Source: Gemmatimonadales bacterium (GTDB taxonomy: Bacteria > Gemmatimonadota > Gemmatimonadetes > Gemmatimonadales > GWC2-71-9). From it: DNA of 64,000 nucleotides. Positions 50,903-60,229 of the stretch are shown in pieces. The notes under the pieces are model-generated. The model was not told where the DNA came from and did no database searches. It was given only the letters and a program-made list of their open reading frames with translations. Made by a program: the position numbers and the translations under genes. Position 1 is the stretch's first letter; each line of letters opens with the position of its first letter. The stretch lies in the NCBI GenBank assembly GCA_035519565.1, contig DATIWD010000066.1, positions 12,298 through 76,297 of the forward strand, written 5' to 3'.

Positions 50903-51958
50903 ATGCCGGCCAATCAGTTTCAGGGATCGAAACGGGCAATGATCGGCGTCCCCGTCATGCTCGGGCTGGTCTCGTCGCTCATGGCTCAGGCCCCTGGCGC
51001 CAATGCCGCCCCGAGCAACGAGGCGAGCATGGACATGGGGGCCAGCAAGAAGAGTGTGGGCGGGCCGGCGCATGATCAGAGCTCTCCCTCGCGCAGGGAG
51101 TCGTCCAGCCAGGCGGCCCAGACCTACTGGGAGACGGCGGACGGACTACGCAAGGCCGCCGAGCAGGCTTCCGCCGACGAAAAGGGCTGCTACCTCCGGT
51201 GGGCGGCGTTCGACGAAGCCGTGGCGTCCGCGCTGGAAACGGGCTCGCAGGTCACCGACCCTCAACCGGACTGCCAACTGGGTGCCGCGGCAGTCACCGT
51301 GCCGGGGACCGGAACCAACCCTGAGGATCTGGCCAAACGCCGGGCCGAGCAGCAGCGGATTCTCGATGAAGCCACCCGGGATCAACAGGACATCCAGCGC
51401 CAGCTAGCCAACCTCACCAATGCAGTGGGGCGTGGCGTCGATCAGGCCAGCCAGGCCAAGGAGGAAGAACGGCTTCGGGGGAAGCTGGGCGTGGCCCAGT
51501 TGCAGGCGGATCAGGCGCGTAAACGGCTGGCCGAGCTCGACCGCGCGGCTGCCACACCTCCGTCCGCACCCAAAGAGTACGCGATCCCCACTCTGCGGGC
51601 CGACGTGGCGCAGCTCCGCTTCTACGCCAGCGGACCGGAATTCATCCCCATCACCAATCGGGATTACGCGACCACGTTCCCAGCGGCTCAATCGCAATTC
51701 ATCGCTTTTCAAGTCGACCTCGATCACCCGGCGGTAGACTCCACCCGGAGCTTCACGATGGTCTGCACCTATACCTGGCCCGACGGCACCACCTCGCCCG
51801 TGGAAGTCGACGGCGAGATCGAGGCAGGTTGGACCGGCTCCAGCCACAGCGGCGGGAAGGGGTGGCGCGAAGCCGGTCACTGGAAGGTTGGTGAGTACCG
51901 CGTGAGCTGCATGGTCGAGGGAAGGACCATCGCGTCCGGCGCATTCCAGGTGCAATAG
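50903..51958 (+). CDS. Secreted protein with coiled-coil middle and C-terminal beta-rich domain, unknown function
   Basis: Signal MPANQFQGSKRAMIGVPVMLGLVSSLMAQAPGANA. A heptad-like region (RRAEQQRILDEATRDQQDIQRQLANL...) is present. The start is uncertain (TTG 50837 overlapping the upstream stop, ATG 50903 or ATG 50939). Confidence 0.55.
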   Translation: MPANQFQGSKRAMIGVPVMLGLVSSLMAQAPGANAAPSNEASMDMGASKKSVGGPAHDQSSPSRRESSSQAAQTYWETADGLRKAAEQASADEKGCYLRWAAFDEAVASALETGSQVTDPQPDCQLGAAAVTVPGTGTNPEDLAKRRAEQQRILDEATRDQQDIQRQLANLTNAVGRGVDQASQAKEEERLRGKLGVAQLQADQARKRLAELDRAAATPPSAPKEYAIPTLRADVAQLRFYASGPEFIPITNRDYATTFPAAQSQFIAFQVDLDHPAVDSTRSFTMVCTYTWPDGTTSPVEVDGEIEAGWTGSSHSGGKGWREAGHWKVGEYRVSCMVEGRTIASGAFQVQ

Positions 51959-52000
51959 CGGGCCTTGACCCGTTTCGCTGCCCGAGACAATCTCAACGTC

Positions 52001-52222
52001 ATGCCGATCTTCGAATACCGCTGCGATCAGTGCGGCTCTCAGTTCGAGCTGTTGGTCAGGTCCGACACCGTCATCGCGTGTCCGTCGTGCGAGGGCCGGC
52101 AGGTCAGCAAGTTCATCTCGGTTCCCGCGCGACCGGCTGGCTCTACCGCGGTCGCCGACTACAGCAGGCTTGGTCCACCCTCCGGTGGCTGCTGTGGTGG
52201 AGGTGGCTGCGGCTGTCACTGA
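52001..52222 (+). CDS. FmdB-family zinc-ribbon protein
   Basis: MPIFEYRCDQCGSQFELLV...CPSCEG gives two CxxC pairs. The Gly/Cys tail is SGGCCGGGGCGCH. Confidence 0.75.
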   Translation: MPIFEYRCDQCGSQFELLVRSDTVIACPSCEGRQVSKFISVPARPAGSTAVADYSRLGPPSGGCCGGGGCGCH

Positions 52223-52785
52223 GCCCCCTTCAGCAACAACTCGCCTCGCTTCTCGCGCAACGACCGCCACAACAGGGTGACACCGCCGGCCGGCTGCCTG
52301 CCGCGGTCGCCGTCATCCTGGTCCCCCGGCCTGACTCCATTCTGCTTATTCGTCGGGCCGAGCGCCCCGGTGATCCATGGTCCGGGCAGATCGGGTTCCC
52401 CGGCGGGCGACAACACTCCGATGATCCCGATCTTCGAGCCACCGCCGTTCGGGAGACGGCCGAGGAGGTGGGGCTGGGCCTGAAGGCGGAGACTCAGATC
52501 GGTCAGCTCGACGACTTGGCCCCGCTCACGCCGACTCCCGTGCCGGTCCTGGTCCGCCCCTTCGTGTTCGCGCTCGACCTGCGCCCCTCCCTGGTCCCCA
52601 ATCCGGAAGTCGCTCGCGTACTCTGGGTGCCGTTCGCGGACCTCCGCCGATCAGGAACCTTCCGCCCCACTACGCTCGTGGTCCGGGGAGAGCCCCGCAC
52701 CTACCCTGCCTACCATCTGGGCTCGGATATCGTCTGGGGCCTGACGGAAAGAATCCTGACCCCCCTCCTGGGCCTGCTCCCCTAG
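52219..52785 (+). CDS. NUDIX hydrolase (CoA pyrophosphatase-like); start codon unresolved
   Basis: Motif LLIRRAERPGDPWSGQIGFPGG and Nudix box GGRQHSDDPDLRATAVRETAEEVGL. No ATG/GTG/TTG lies in frame between 52088 and the domain. The listed start is a CTG overlapping the fmdB stop; GTG 52087 is the alternative. Confidence 0.6.
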   Translation: MSPLQQQLASLLAQRPPQQGDTAGRLPAAVAVILVPRPDSILLIRRAERPGDPWSGQIGFPGGRQHSDDPDLRATAVRETAEEVGLGLKAETQIGQLDDLAPLTPTPVPVLVRPFVFALDLRPSLVPNPEVARVLWVPFADLRRSGTFRPTTLVVRGEPRTYPAYHLGSDIVWGLTERILTPLLGLLP

Positions 52786-52837
52786 GCGTCCAATAGCCTA
52801 ACCCCTGCGAGGCACTGGCAATTAGGGTGTGGCAATC

Positions 52838-52879
52838 TTGACGTTAGCTCCCCAATATCATTAGATTAGGTTCAACTAA
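52838..52879 (+). promoter_or_regulatory. Candidate promoter (TTGACG-18-TAGATT) overlapped by a DtxR/IdeR-type operator TTAGATTAGGTTCAACTAA
   Basis: TTGACG is at 52838-52843. The 19-bp box at 52861-52879 matches the remembered consensus TTAGGTTAGGCTAACCTAA at 15 of 19 positions. It lies 21 nt before the mntR-like ATG. Confidence 0.55.
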
Positions 52880-52899
52880 TTCTTACGGTTGGAGCCTCC

Positions 52900-53589
52900 A
52901 TGAGTGCGGCAGCTACCTACGAGCCCCTGACTCGCTCCGTCGAGGACTATCTGAAGGCCATTTACCGCCTCTCGCTCAAGGGCCAGCCCGCCACGACCAG
53001 CGAGATTGCCCAGCGCCTGGAGCTTTCCGCTCCGTCCGTGAGCGGCATGATCAAGCGGCTCTCGGAGCAGGGGCTGTTGGCTCACGTCCCGTATCGGGGA
53101 GTCGAGCTGACCCCCGAAGGCCGGCGGGTGGCGTTGCGCATGCTGCGCCGGCATCGGATCATCGAGGCCTACCTCGTCGCCTTCCTCAAGTACGGTTGGG
53201 AACAGGTTCATCAGGAAGCGGAACGCCTCGAGCACGCGGTCTCCGACGCGCTGATCGAACGGATGGCCGAGGCGCTGGGGAACCCGCGGTTTGACCCGCA
53301 CGGTGATCCGATTCCCGATGCGGACGGCTCGGTGCACGAGTTGGTCTACACCCCGCTGGCGGAGATTCCCGTCGGCGAAACCGCCGAGATTCGGCAGGTG
53401 GACACCAGCCAGCCGGAACGGCTCCGCTATCTCGCCACCCGCGGTTTGACCCCCGGTGCGCGGGTCACCATTCAGCATCGCGAGCCCTTCAACGGCCCCA
53501 TCACGATCCGGGTGAGTGGCAAGCGGCAAGTCATCGGGGACGAGTTGGGTCAGTTGCTCCTCTGCGCGCGGCCGGAGGTTCATCCGTGA
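52900..53589 (+). CDS. DtxR/MntR-family metal-dependent repressor with C-terminal FeoA/SH3-like domain
   Basis: [38 protein letters not shown], dimerisation region [10 protein letters not shown], and the C-terminal GETAEIRQV. Confidence 0.85.
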   Translation: MSAAATYEPLTRSVEDYLKAIYRLSLKGQPATTSEIAQRLELSAPSVSGMIKRLSEQGLLAHVPYRGVELTPEGRRVALRMLRRHRIIEAYLVAFLKYGWEQVHQEAERLEHAVSDALIERMAEALGNPRFDPHGDPIPDADGSVHELVYTPLAEIPVGETAEIRQVDTSQPERLRYLATRGLTPGARVTIQHREPFNGPITIRVSGKRQVIGDELGQLLLCARPEVHP

Positions 53590-54944
53590 CGACCTCCACT
53601 CCCCCGCTGGATCAGCTGACCGGTTGGCGCTACCGTCGCCCCCGGCCCACACTCCCCGAGTCCTATCAATCGATTGCGGTGCCGCATCCTGGCGCGGGCG
53701 TCCTCCGAAAGCTCCTCGCCTTTGCCGGGCCCGGCTATTTGATCGCTGTCGGCTACATGGACCCCGGCAACTGGGCCACCGATCTGGCCGGTGGCGCCCG
53801 GTTCGGCTATACGCTGCTGAGCGTTATCCTGCTCTCCAACCTGATAGCGATCCTGCTGCAGGCGCTTTCGCTGAAGCTGGGGATCGTGACAGGACGCGAT
53901 CTGGCCCAGGCCTGCCGGGATCACTATTCCCGCCCCGTGAGCTTCGCGCTCTGGGTGGGGTGCGAGATCGCCATCGCAGCCTGTGACCTGGCGGAGGTGA
54001 TCGGTTCGGCCATCGCGCTGAATCTTCTATTCGGGATTCCCCTGCTGTGGGGCGTTTGCCTGACCGCCCTCGATGTCTTGATGATCCTGCTGCTTCAGCA
54101 GCGCGGGTTTCGTTGGCTCGAGGCCTTCGTCCTGGCTCTGGTCGTCACCATCGCCGTCTGCTTTGCCGTGGAGGTGATCCTTTCTCGCCCGGCCGCTCGG
54201 GAGGTGCTGGGTGGCCTGGTGCCCAGCGCGGAAATCGTGACCAATCCAGCCATGCTCTACATCGCGATCGGGATTCTGGGTGCGACCGTGATGCCCCACA
54301 ACCTCTATCTGCACTCCTCGATCGTACAGACCCGCAAGGTGGGGGCGGACGAGGCCTCCAAGCGGGAAGCGATTCGCTACGCCACTATCGATTCGACGGC
54401 GGCCCTTCTCTTCGCGTTCCTGGTTAATGGGGCGATCCTGGTCGTGGCCGCGGCCACCTTTCATACCAGCGGCCATCGGGACGTGGCGGACATCCACGAC
54501 GCGTATCAGTTGCTGACCCCGCTGCTCGGCAGCGCGGCCGCGAGTGGGCTCTTCGCCCTGGCCCTGCTGGCCTCAGGGCAGAACTCCACGATCACCGGCA
54601 CGCTGGCCGGTCAGATTGTGATGGAGGGGTTCCTCGATATCCGACTGCCCGCATGGCTGCGCCGACTCATCACCCGGTTGATCGCCATCGTGCCCGCCGT
54701 GGTGGTCACGGCGCTCTATGGCGAAACGGGTACCGGCAAGCTGCTGATCCTGAGTCAGGTCATCCTGAGCCTGCAGCTTTCCTTCGCGGTGGTCCCGCTG
54801 GTGTACTTCACGAGTCAGAAGAGCAAGATGGGCCCCTTCGCCAACGGCAAGCCACTGGCGGTGACGGCGTGGGTGGTCGCCGCCGTAATTATCGGCCTGA
54901 ATGCTTGGCTGTTGATCGAAACCTTCCGCCCGATGCTCGGTTGA
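53586..54944 (+). CDS. mntH: Nramp-family divalent metal (Mn2+) transporter
   Basis: Motifs [12 protein letters not shown] and [11 protein letters not shown]. The GTG start overlaps the repressor stop (GTGA). Confidence 0.88.
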   Translation: MTTSTPPLDQLTGWRYRRPRPTLPESYQSIAVPHPGAGVLRKLLAFAGPGYLIAVGYMDPGNWATDLAGGARFGYTLLSVILLSNLIAILLQALSLKLGIVTGRDLAQACRDHYSRPVSFALWVGCEIAIAACDLAEVIGSAIALNLLFGIPLLWGVCLTALDVLMILLLQQRGFRWLEAFVLALVVTIAVCFAVEVILSRPAAREVLGGLVPSAEIVTNPAMLYIAIGILGATVMPHNLYLHSSIVQTRKVGADEASKREAIRYATIDSTAALLFAFLVNGAILVVAAATFHTSGHRDVADIHDAYQLLTPLLGSAAASGLFALALLASGQNSTITGTLAGQIVMEGFLDIRLPAWLRRLITRLIAIVPAVVVTALYGETGTGKLLILSQVILSLQLSFAVVPLVYFTSQKSKMGPFANGKPLAVTAWVVAAVIIGLNAWLLIETFRPMLG

Positions 54945-54950
54945 GGCTGG

Positions 54951-55910
54951 TCAGGCAGCTGGCCAGTCGGTCGTAGCCGCCAGAATGAACCGGGAGAGGC
55001 GCCGGTCCCGGACTTCCCGCAGCTCGGGTAGCCTTCCATGATAGGCTTTTTCCACGGCCTTGATCAGCTTCTTCTGCTCTTCCGCTGAAAGCGTCTGCCA
55101 CTGGGCCAGGGAGGCCCAGCGTTCCTCGCATTCCTTTATGTAGGTAGGGATGAAGATGTCGATCGCGGCGGCCTCGCCCTGGCGGAGCTCCTCGCTGGCC
55201 TGGGGGCCCGAGGCGGCCCACGCGAGGGCCGGTCCCAAAGCGATGGCGCGATCGATGTCGTCTACGTCCAGCACTCCCAGCAGCACCAGGTGAATACACT
55301 CCCGGTAAACCGCCGCTTCGATCCGGGCGATGATGTTGCCCTGAATCTCCTTCTTGAACACGATCGGTACCCGGCCCAGGACGCTAAGCCAGAATCGGAC
55401 GTCCTCGATACAGGCGGTATCGGTGGCGGGTCCGGGCACCACCTCCACCACCGGCAGGTACTCGACCGGCCGCATTGGATGAGCCACGAGAAACCGTTCC
55501 GGGCGCCGGACCCTCGCGCAGAGATCGCTGGGTCGAAGTCCTGCTGTACTGCTGGTGATGATGGCCGCCATCCGGGCGATCGGTTCCAGCTGATCGTACA
55601 GCTTCTGCTTGGCGCTCAAGTCCTCCGGGAGCGCCTCGATGATCCAGTCAGCGTCGTTGACCGCATTGAGCAGACTCCGCCCAGTCCGGAGTTTGGACAG
55701 GGTCTCCCTGGCCACTACGCGATCGGCTCGCCCAAGCCCTACCAGGGTGTCCACTCGGCGCGAGATCTCATCCACCGCCCGGTGGAGATGCGTGGTGTCG
55801 GTCTCGTAGATCGCTACCGGCCAGCCGGCCCCGATGGCCAACGCGGCCCAACCGCAGCCGATCTCACCAGCCCCGATGATGGCGACTCTGGGCTGCTCGA
55901 ACCTGGTCAT
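54951..55910 (-). CDS. 3-hydroxyacyl-CoA dehydrogenase family protein
   Basis: N-terminal RVAIIGAGEIGCGWA Rossmann motif; 3HCDH-like length and layout. Confidence 0.7.
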   Translation of the reverse strand: MTRFEQPRVAIIGAGEIGCGWAALAIGAGWPVAIYETDTTHLHRAVDEISRRVDTLVGLGRADRVVARETLSKLRTGRSLLNAVNDADWIIEALPEDLSAKQKLYDQLEPIARMAAIITSSTAGLRPSDLCARVRRPERFLVAHPMRPVEYLPVVEVVPGPATDTACIEDVRFWLSVLGRVPIVFKKEIQGNIIARIEAAVYRECIHLVLLGVLDVDDIDRAIALGPALAWAASGPQASEELRQGEAAAIDIFIPTYIKECEERWASLAQWQTLSAEEQKKLIKAVEKAYHGRLPELREVRDRRLSRFILAATTDWPAA

Positions 55911-56134
55911 GCAGGCCTCCGAGCGTAGGATGGGACTCCGTGCCTACGATAATGGAGCCCCGTGCACTGCGCCAATGAGGGGCCAAGGCCAATGCGTTGG
56001 AGTGCGGCCTGGCGACCTCTATGCTCGCATACGCATCCCTACACTCGCGTGGTGGAATGGTATGATTAGGCGCGGAGGAGCGAGATGTCCGGTCGTGAAA
56101 TCATGACTTCAGCGAGGCGGAGGGCGAGGCGCAA

Positions 56135-56518
56135 ATGAGCGAGACCGGGGTGCAGGATTGCCGGGCTTTGGGTCGCCAGTTGGTGGACACTTTCGGGAAG
56201 GGTTGGGAAAAGGGAAACCCGGATCTCATCATGTCGGTGTTTGCGCCTGATATCGTCTTTCTGGATGCCCCCTTCGAAGAGCCCCGGCGCGGGCAGGAAC
56301 AGGTCCGGGAGTATTGGGCTGACGTGCCCCTCCACCAGTCAGAGGTTCGCTTTCGTTCGGGGGAGATCTTCACCGTGGGGCCCTGGTTCGCTACCGAGTT
56401 CCGGTGCCACTTCCGCCGCCGTCGGACCGGCGAGTGGGTCGAAGCCCGGGGCGCCTTGTTCTGTGAGACCGTTGGTGATTTGATCGGGGAGATGCGCATG
56501 TACTGGCATCGGAGGTAA
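56135..56518 (+). CDS. SnoaL/NTF2-like fold protein
   Basis: 127 aa with pattern LVDTFGKGWEKGNPDLIMSVFAPDIVFLD...GQEQVREYW, typical of SnoaL-like polyketide-cyclase-fold proteins. Confidence 0.6.
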   Translation: MSETGVQDCRALGRQLVDTFGKGWEKGNPDLIMSVFAPDIVFLDAPFEEPRRGQEQVREYWADVPLHQSEVRFRSGEIFTVGPWFATEFRCHFRRRRTGEWVEARGALFCETVGDLIGEMRMYWHRR

Positions 56519-56691
56519 ATTGAACCTGGTCCTAGCGGAGGACACCGCAAGCGGGATCGCGTCCTCTTGGGGCGCCGTTGTTCGTCGTGGGAGCAAGACG
56601 TAATGCCAAGTCGCACAAGAGCTTCGCCCACTGGCATATGTTTCGCCATTGACCTTCCGGCTTCTTGTAGTTCCACCGCGCCGGAGGCCCT

Positions 56692-58086
56692 ATGAAACCC
56701 CTGCTGATGTTCCCACTCGTAACGAGCGCGCTGCTGCTGGCGCCGGTTACCGGCATGGCAGGCGATTCCCCCATTCGAGTCTGGCTGGATGAGGATACCT
56801 ACGCCCGGGGGGAGACGGCCCAGGTCAAGGTGAAGGCCGCGCACGACGGCTACTTGATGGTGTTCAGAGCCACCACCGAGGGCCGTGTTCGGGTCATTTT
56901 CCCGCTGGATCCCTCTGATGACAACTTCATCCGGGGCGGCCGGACCATCGAGATTCACGGCCGCGGGGATCGAGAAGCCTTTACCGTGGATGATCCAGGC
57001 GGGACAGGGACGATTTATGCCGCACTCTCTCCCGACCCCTTCAACTACACTGAGTTCGTCCGTGGGGACCACTGGGACTATCAGGCCCTCTCCAGCTATC
57101 GGGTCACCGATGACGCCGAGGAGCAACTGACCAGCCTGGCCGACCGGATGGCCGCGGGCGCGCACTTCTCCTACGACCTGGTTCGCTACGACGTCCCCAG
57201 CACCACCGCCCACGACTACCGCCCCTACGACTCGTACGTTCGATACTACGAGCCCTACTATAGTCCCTGGTACGACTGCTGGAGCTGCTACTCCTACAGC
57301 CCCGGCATCAGCGTTGGGATCTCGTTTGGATTCCCGTTCTACTACCCGGCCTACTACCCCTATTGGGGTTACCCGATCTACGGATACCCCTACTACGGGT
57401 ACCCCTACTACGGCTATCCATACCACGGCTACTACGGCGGCTATTACGGCGGTTACTACGGCTCCCCGGGATATCCACATTATGTCGGGAAGCCCGGCCT
57501 TACCCCTACGACTCCATATCGGCCCCGGGGCTGGTCGGGCTCGGGCGGTTGGGTGAATACCACGCCGGTTGGGTTCCGTCCTCGCGGGGCCAACGGTTCG
57601 ACGGGAGTGACCACGCCAACTATGGATCGCCGGCCGGTTGGAAAAGTCGATGCGCGTCCTCGGTACAACCCATTGATCGGGGACACCTATCGGCGGACCG
57701 CCAACCCGAATGCCCCTGGCGCTCGCCGGGCCCCGGAAAGTGGGCCACAGGTCGATGCTGGCCAGCCCAGAATCAGAGAAGGGGGGAGTGCTCCTGACGC
57801 TCCTCGCGTTTCCAGTGGTGGCGGGAGCGAGGGACGCCGCAGTTACGGCGGCACCTACAGCGCTCCAAGCGGGAACTCCGGCGGGTCCTATAGTCCGCCC
57901 AGGAGAAATGCCGAATCGTACAGCCCCCCGAAGGGTGGAAGTGGTGGTGGGAGATCCTACAGTCCGCCCAGCCGAGGTGGCGGCGGATCTTCCAGCGCTC
58001 CCAAGGGCGGTGGTGGCGGTCGCGGGATGAGTGGAGGGAAGTCGGCGCCGTCGTCGCACGGCGGCTCGGGAGGCCGGAGGCGATAG
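56692..58086 (+). CDS. Secreted DUF4384-like protein with extreme Tyr/Pro/Gly and Gly/Ser/Arg low-complexity C-terminal half
   Basis: Signal MKPLLMFPLVTSALLLAPVTGMAG. The N-domain reads IRVWLDEDTYARGETAQVKVKAAHDGYLMVFRATTEGRVRVIFP. It is followed by YYPAYYPYWGYPIYGYPYYGYPYYGYPYHGYYGGYYGGYYG and three SYSPP repeats. Confidence 0.75.
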   Translation: MKPLLMFPLVTSALLLAPVTGMAGDSPIRVWLDEDTYARGETAQVKVKAAHDGYLMVFRATTEGRVRVIFPLDPSDDNFIRGGRTIEIHGRGDREAFTVDDPGGTGTIYAALSPDPFNYTEFVRGDHWDYQALSSYRVTDDAEEQLTSLADRMAAGAHFSYDLVRYDVPSTTAHDYRPYDSYVRYYEPYYSPWYDCWSCYSYSPGISVGISFGFPFYYPAYYPYWGYPIYGYPYYGYPYYGYPYHGYYGGYYGGYYGSPGYPHYVGKPGLTPTTPYRPRGWSGSGGWVNTTPVGFRPRGANGSTGVTTPTMDRRPVGKVDARPRYNPLIGDTYRRTANPNAPGARRAPESGPQVDAGQPRIREGGSAPDAPRVSSGGGSEGRRSYGGTYSAPSGNSGGSYSPPRRNAESYSPPKGGSGGGRSYSPPSRGGGGSSSAPKGGGGGRGMSGGKSAPSSHGGSGGRRR

Positions 58087-58107
58087 CAGGTCCGCCAAAG
58101 GGCAAAG

Positions 58108-58141
58108 AAAAGGGGAAGGGTCTCGGGACCCTTCCCCTTTT
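58108..58141. terminator. Bidirectional intrinsic terminator (A-tract, 15-bp stem AAAAGGGGAAGGGTC / GACCCTTCCCCTTTT, T-tract)
   Basis: Read directly, between the convergent DUF4384 and M13 peptidase genes. Confidence 0.8.
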
Positions 58142-58173
58142 TCATGGCTGCCTTACAGGCAGATGTTGCTGGA

Positions 58174-60207
58174 CTACCAGACGACCGCTTGCTCGGATCT
58201 CACCATCTCGTCGCCGGCCTTGCATCCAAACGCCTTGGCGAATTCGCCCAGATTGGATAGCGGCCCGTTGACTCGGAAGATCCCAGGTGAGTGCGGATCG
58301 GTGAGCACCTGCAGGCGGGTACGCTGTGGGCGCTGGATCTGGCGCCAGATCTGGGCCCAGGCCAGGAAGAACCGCTGATCGCCGGTCCATCCGTCGATGG
58401 GAGCCGGCTCCGGCTTCCCCTCGAGCGTGCGGCGGTAGGCCCCATAGGCGATGGTCAGGCCGCCCAGGTCCGCCAGGTTCTCTCCCAGTGTCAGGTTCCC
58501 GTTCACGTGCAGGGTATCGATCGCGACATAGCCGTCGAACTGGCGGACCACCACGTCCGCCCGCTGCTTGAACCGCTCTTCATCCTCCTGTTGCCACCAT
58601 CCGCTCAGGTTGCCATTGGCGTCGAACTGACGCCCCTCGTCGTCGAAGCCATGGGTGATCTCGTGCCCGATCACCGCTCCCATGCCGCCGTAGTTGACCG
58701 CGTCGTCGGCGGCAGGATCGAAGAAAGGCGGCTGCATGATTCCGGCCGGGAAGACGATCTTGTTGTACAGCGGGTTGTAGTACGCGTTGACCGTGGGAGG
58801 TGTCATCCCCCATTCGGTCTTGACCACGGGCTTCCCGATCTTGGCCAGGTCACGGTTGTAGTCGAAGGTAGCCGCGCGGGAGACGTTGTTCGCGAACGGA
58901 CCCGGCGTGACATTCAAGGCGCCGTAATCGCGCCACTGGTCCGGGTATCCGATCTGATTGATGATGGCGTCCAGTTTGGTGAAGGCCTTGGCCTTGGTCT
59001 CCTCGCTCATCCAGTCGAGCTTCTCCAGCCTGCGTCTGAACTCCGCCTGGATGTTCTGGACCATGGTCAGGGCCCGCTGCTTCGCTTCGGGCGAAAAGTT
59101 GGTCGCCACGTAGGCCTGTCCCAGAATCTCACCCAGGCCGGTGTCCGCCTGAGCCAGGCACCGCTTCCAGCGAGGCTGCATCTCGCTCACTCCGCGGAGG
59201 GTGTGGAGGCGGAACTCCCAGTCTTCCTTGACCATGGCCGAGCTCAACACCGCCGCTCTGGCACTCAGCAGCTGCCAGCGGAGATAGGTCTTCCAGGTGT
59301 CGGTCGATGCATTGGCGGTCAGGGAGTCGACCACGCGCAGGAAATCGGGCTGAGAGACGTTGACCTCTGACAACCCCTTCATTCCCAGCTGATCGAAGAA
59401 CGATTCCCACGGGATGGACGGGGCCGCCGTCTTCAAGTCCCCCACCTTGGTGAGATGATAGGTCTTCTCCGGGTCGCGCTGGTCGACCAGGGTCATCGAA
59501 GCCCGGGCCAGCGCGGTCTCCATCCCCATGACGATCTTGGCCGATGCGACCGCCTTGGACTGATCCTGGCCCAGCAATCCGAACATGTGGGTGACGTGCT
59601 CGACGTACCTGTCCCGCAACGCGGCCGAGGCCGAGTCGTCCCGAGTGTAGTAATCGCGATCGGGGAGGCCGAGGCCTGCCTGGTAGAGGTCCCCGATGAC
59701 GCGCGCACTGTTCTTGGCGTCCGGCGTCGAGTGAAATACCAGCGGCGCAAAGACCTCGAGCTGCTGGAGCCGGGCCCAGACTGAGATCAGGTCAGAGCGG
59801 TTCTTGATCTTGTCGATCCGCTTGAAGTCCGACTCCAGGGGTTTCACCCCTTCCTTCTCGGCGGCGACCGAATCCATACAGCCCGCGTAGTAGGTGCCGA
59901 GTTTGCGGGTGTTCGGATCACTGGTGGTCTTGGCTTCGCTGGCTGCCTTTTCGAGCGTGGATTTCAACGCCGCATAGTTGCGCTCGTACAGCTCGTTGAA
60001 GCTGCCCCAGCGGGACTGATCGCCGGGAATGGTGCTGCGGTCCAACCAGCTGCCGTTGGCGTAACGGAAGAAGTCCTTGCAGGGCGCGCAGCTGGTGTCG
60101 GTGTTGGCAGGATCCAGCGGCTTCGGATGGTCGGCCTGGGCGGATACGGTCCCGGCGGCAATGGCAAGACACCCCAGGAAGGCAATCGCACGAGTACCAA
60201 GGGTCAT
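58174..60207 (-). CDS. M13 family zinc metallopeptidase (PepO / endothelin-converting-enzyme-like), exported
   Basis: Zincin HEITHGFDD and downstream GENLADLGG (ENxADxGG). Signal MTLGTRAIAFLGCLAIAAGTVSAQA from ATG 60207. The upstream part of the track ORF is discarded. Confidence 0.88.
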   Translation of the reverse strand: MTLGTRAIAFLGCLAIAAGTVSAQADHPKPLDPANTDTSCAPCKDFFRYANGSWLDRSTIPGDQSRWGSFNELYERNYAALKSTLEKAASEAKTTSDPNTRKLGTYYAGCMDSVAAEKEGVKPLESDFKRIDKIKNRSDLISVWARLQQLEVFAPLVFHSTPDAKNSARVIGDLYQAGLGLPDRDYYTRDDSASAALRDRYVEHVTHMFGLLGQDQSKAVASAKIVMGMETALARASMTLVDQRDPEKTYHLTKVGDLKTAAPSIPWESFFDQLGMKGLSEVNVSQPDFLRVVDSLTANASTDTWKTYLRWQLLSARAAVLSSAMVKEDWEFRLHTLRGVSEMQPRWKRCLAQADTGLGEILGQAYVATNFSPEAKQRALTMVQNIQAEFRRRLEKLDWMSEETKAKAFTKLDAIINQIGYPDQWRDYGALNVTPGPFANNVSRAATFDYNRDLAKIGKPVVKTEWGMTPPTVNAYYNPLYNKIVFPAGIMQPPFFDPAADDAVNYGGMGAVIGHEITHGFDDEGRQFDANGNLSGWWQQEDEERFKQRADVVVRQFDGYVAIDTLHVNGNLTLGENLADLGGLTIAYGAYRRTLEGKPEPAPIDGWTGDQRFFLAWAQIWRQIQRPQRTRLQVLTDPHSPGIFRVNGPLSNLGEFAKAFGCKAGDEMVRSEQAVVW

Positions 60208-60229
60208 GTTGATCTTCTCTCTCGTCAGT

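Noticed and set aside
56101-58098. Very long antisense or alternative-frame ORFs. Examples: 56101-58098 (665 aa), 17226-18458, 378-2015, 3060-4340, 23183-24634, 42658-44064, 60634-61899, 61533-63494, 62914-63972, 36877-37767.
   Set aside because: All are Arg/Gly/Pro/Ala-rich with no recognisable motifs. Each lies opposite or out of frame to genes with clear family signatures. This is the expected stop-codon-poor off-frame behaviour of GC-rich DNA.
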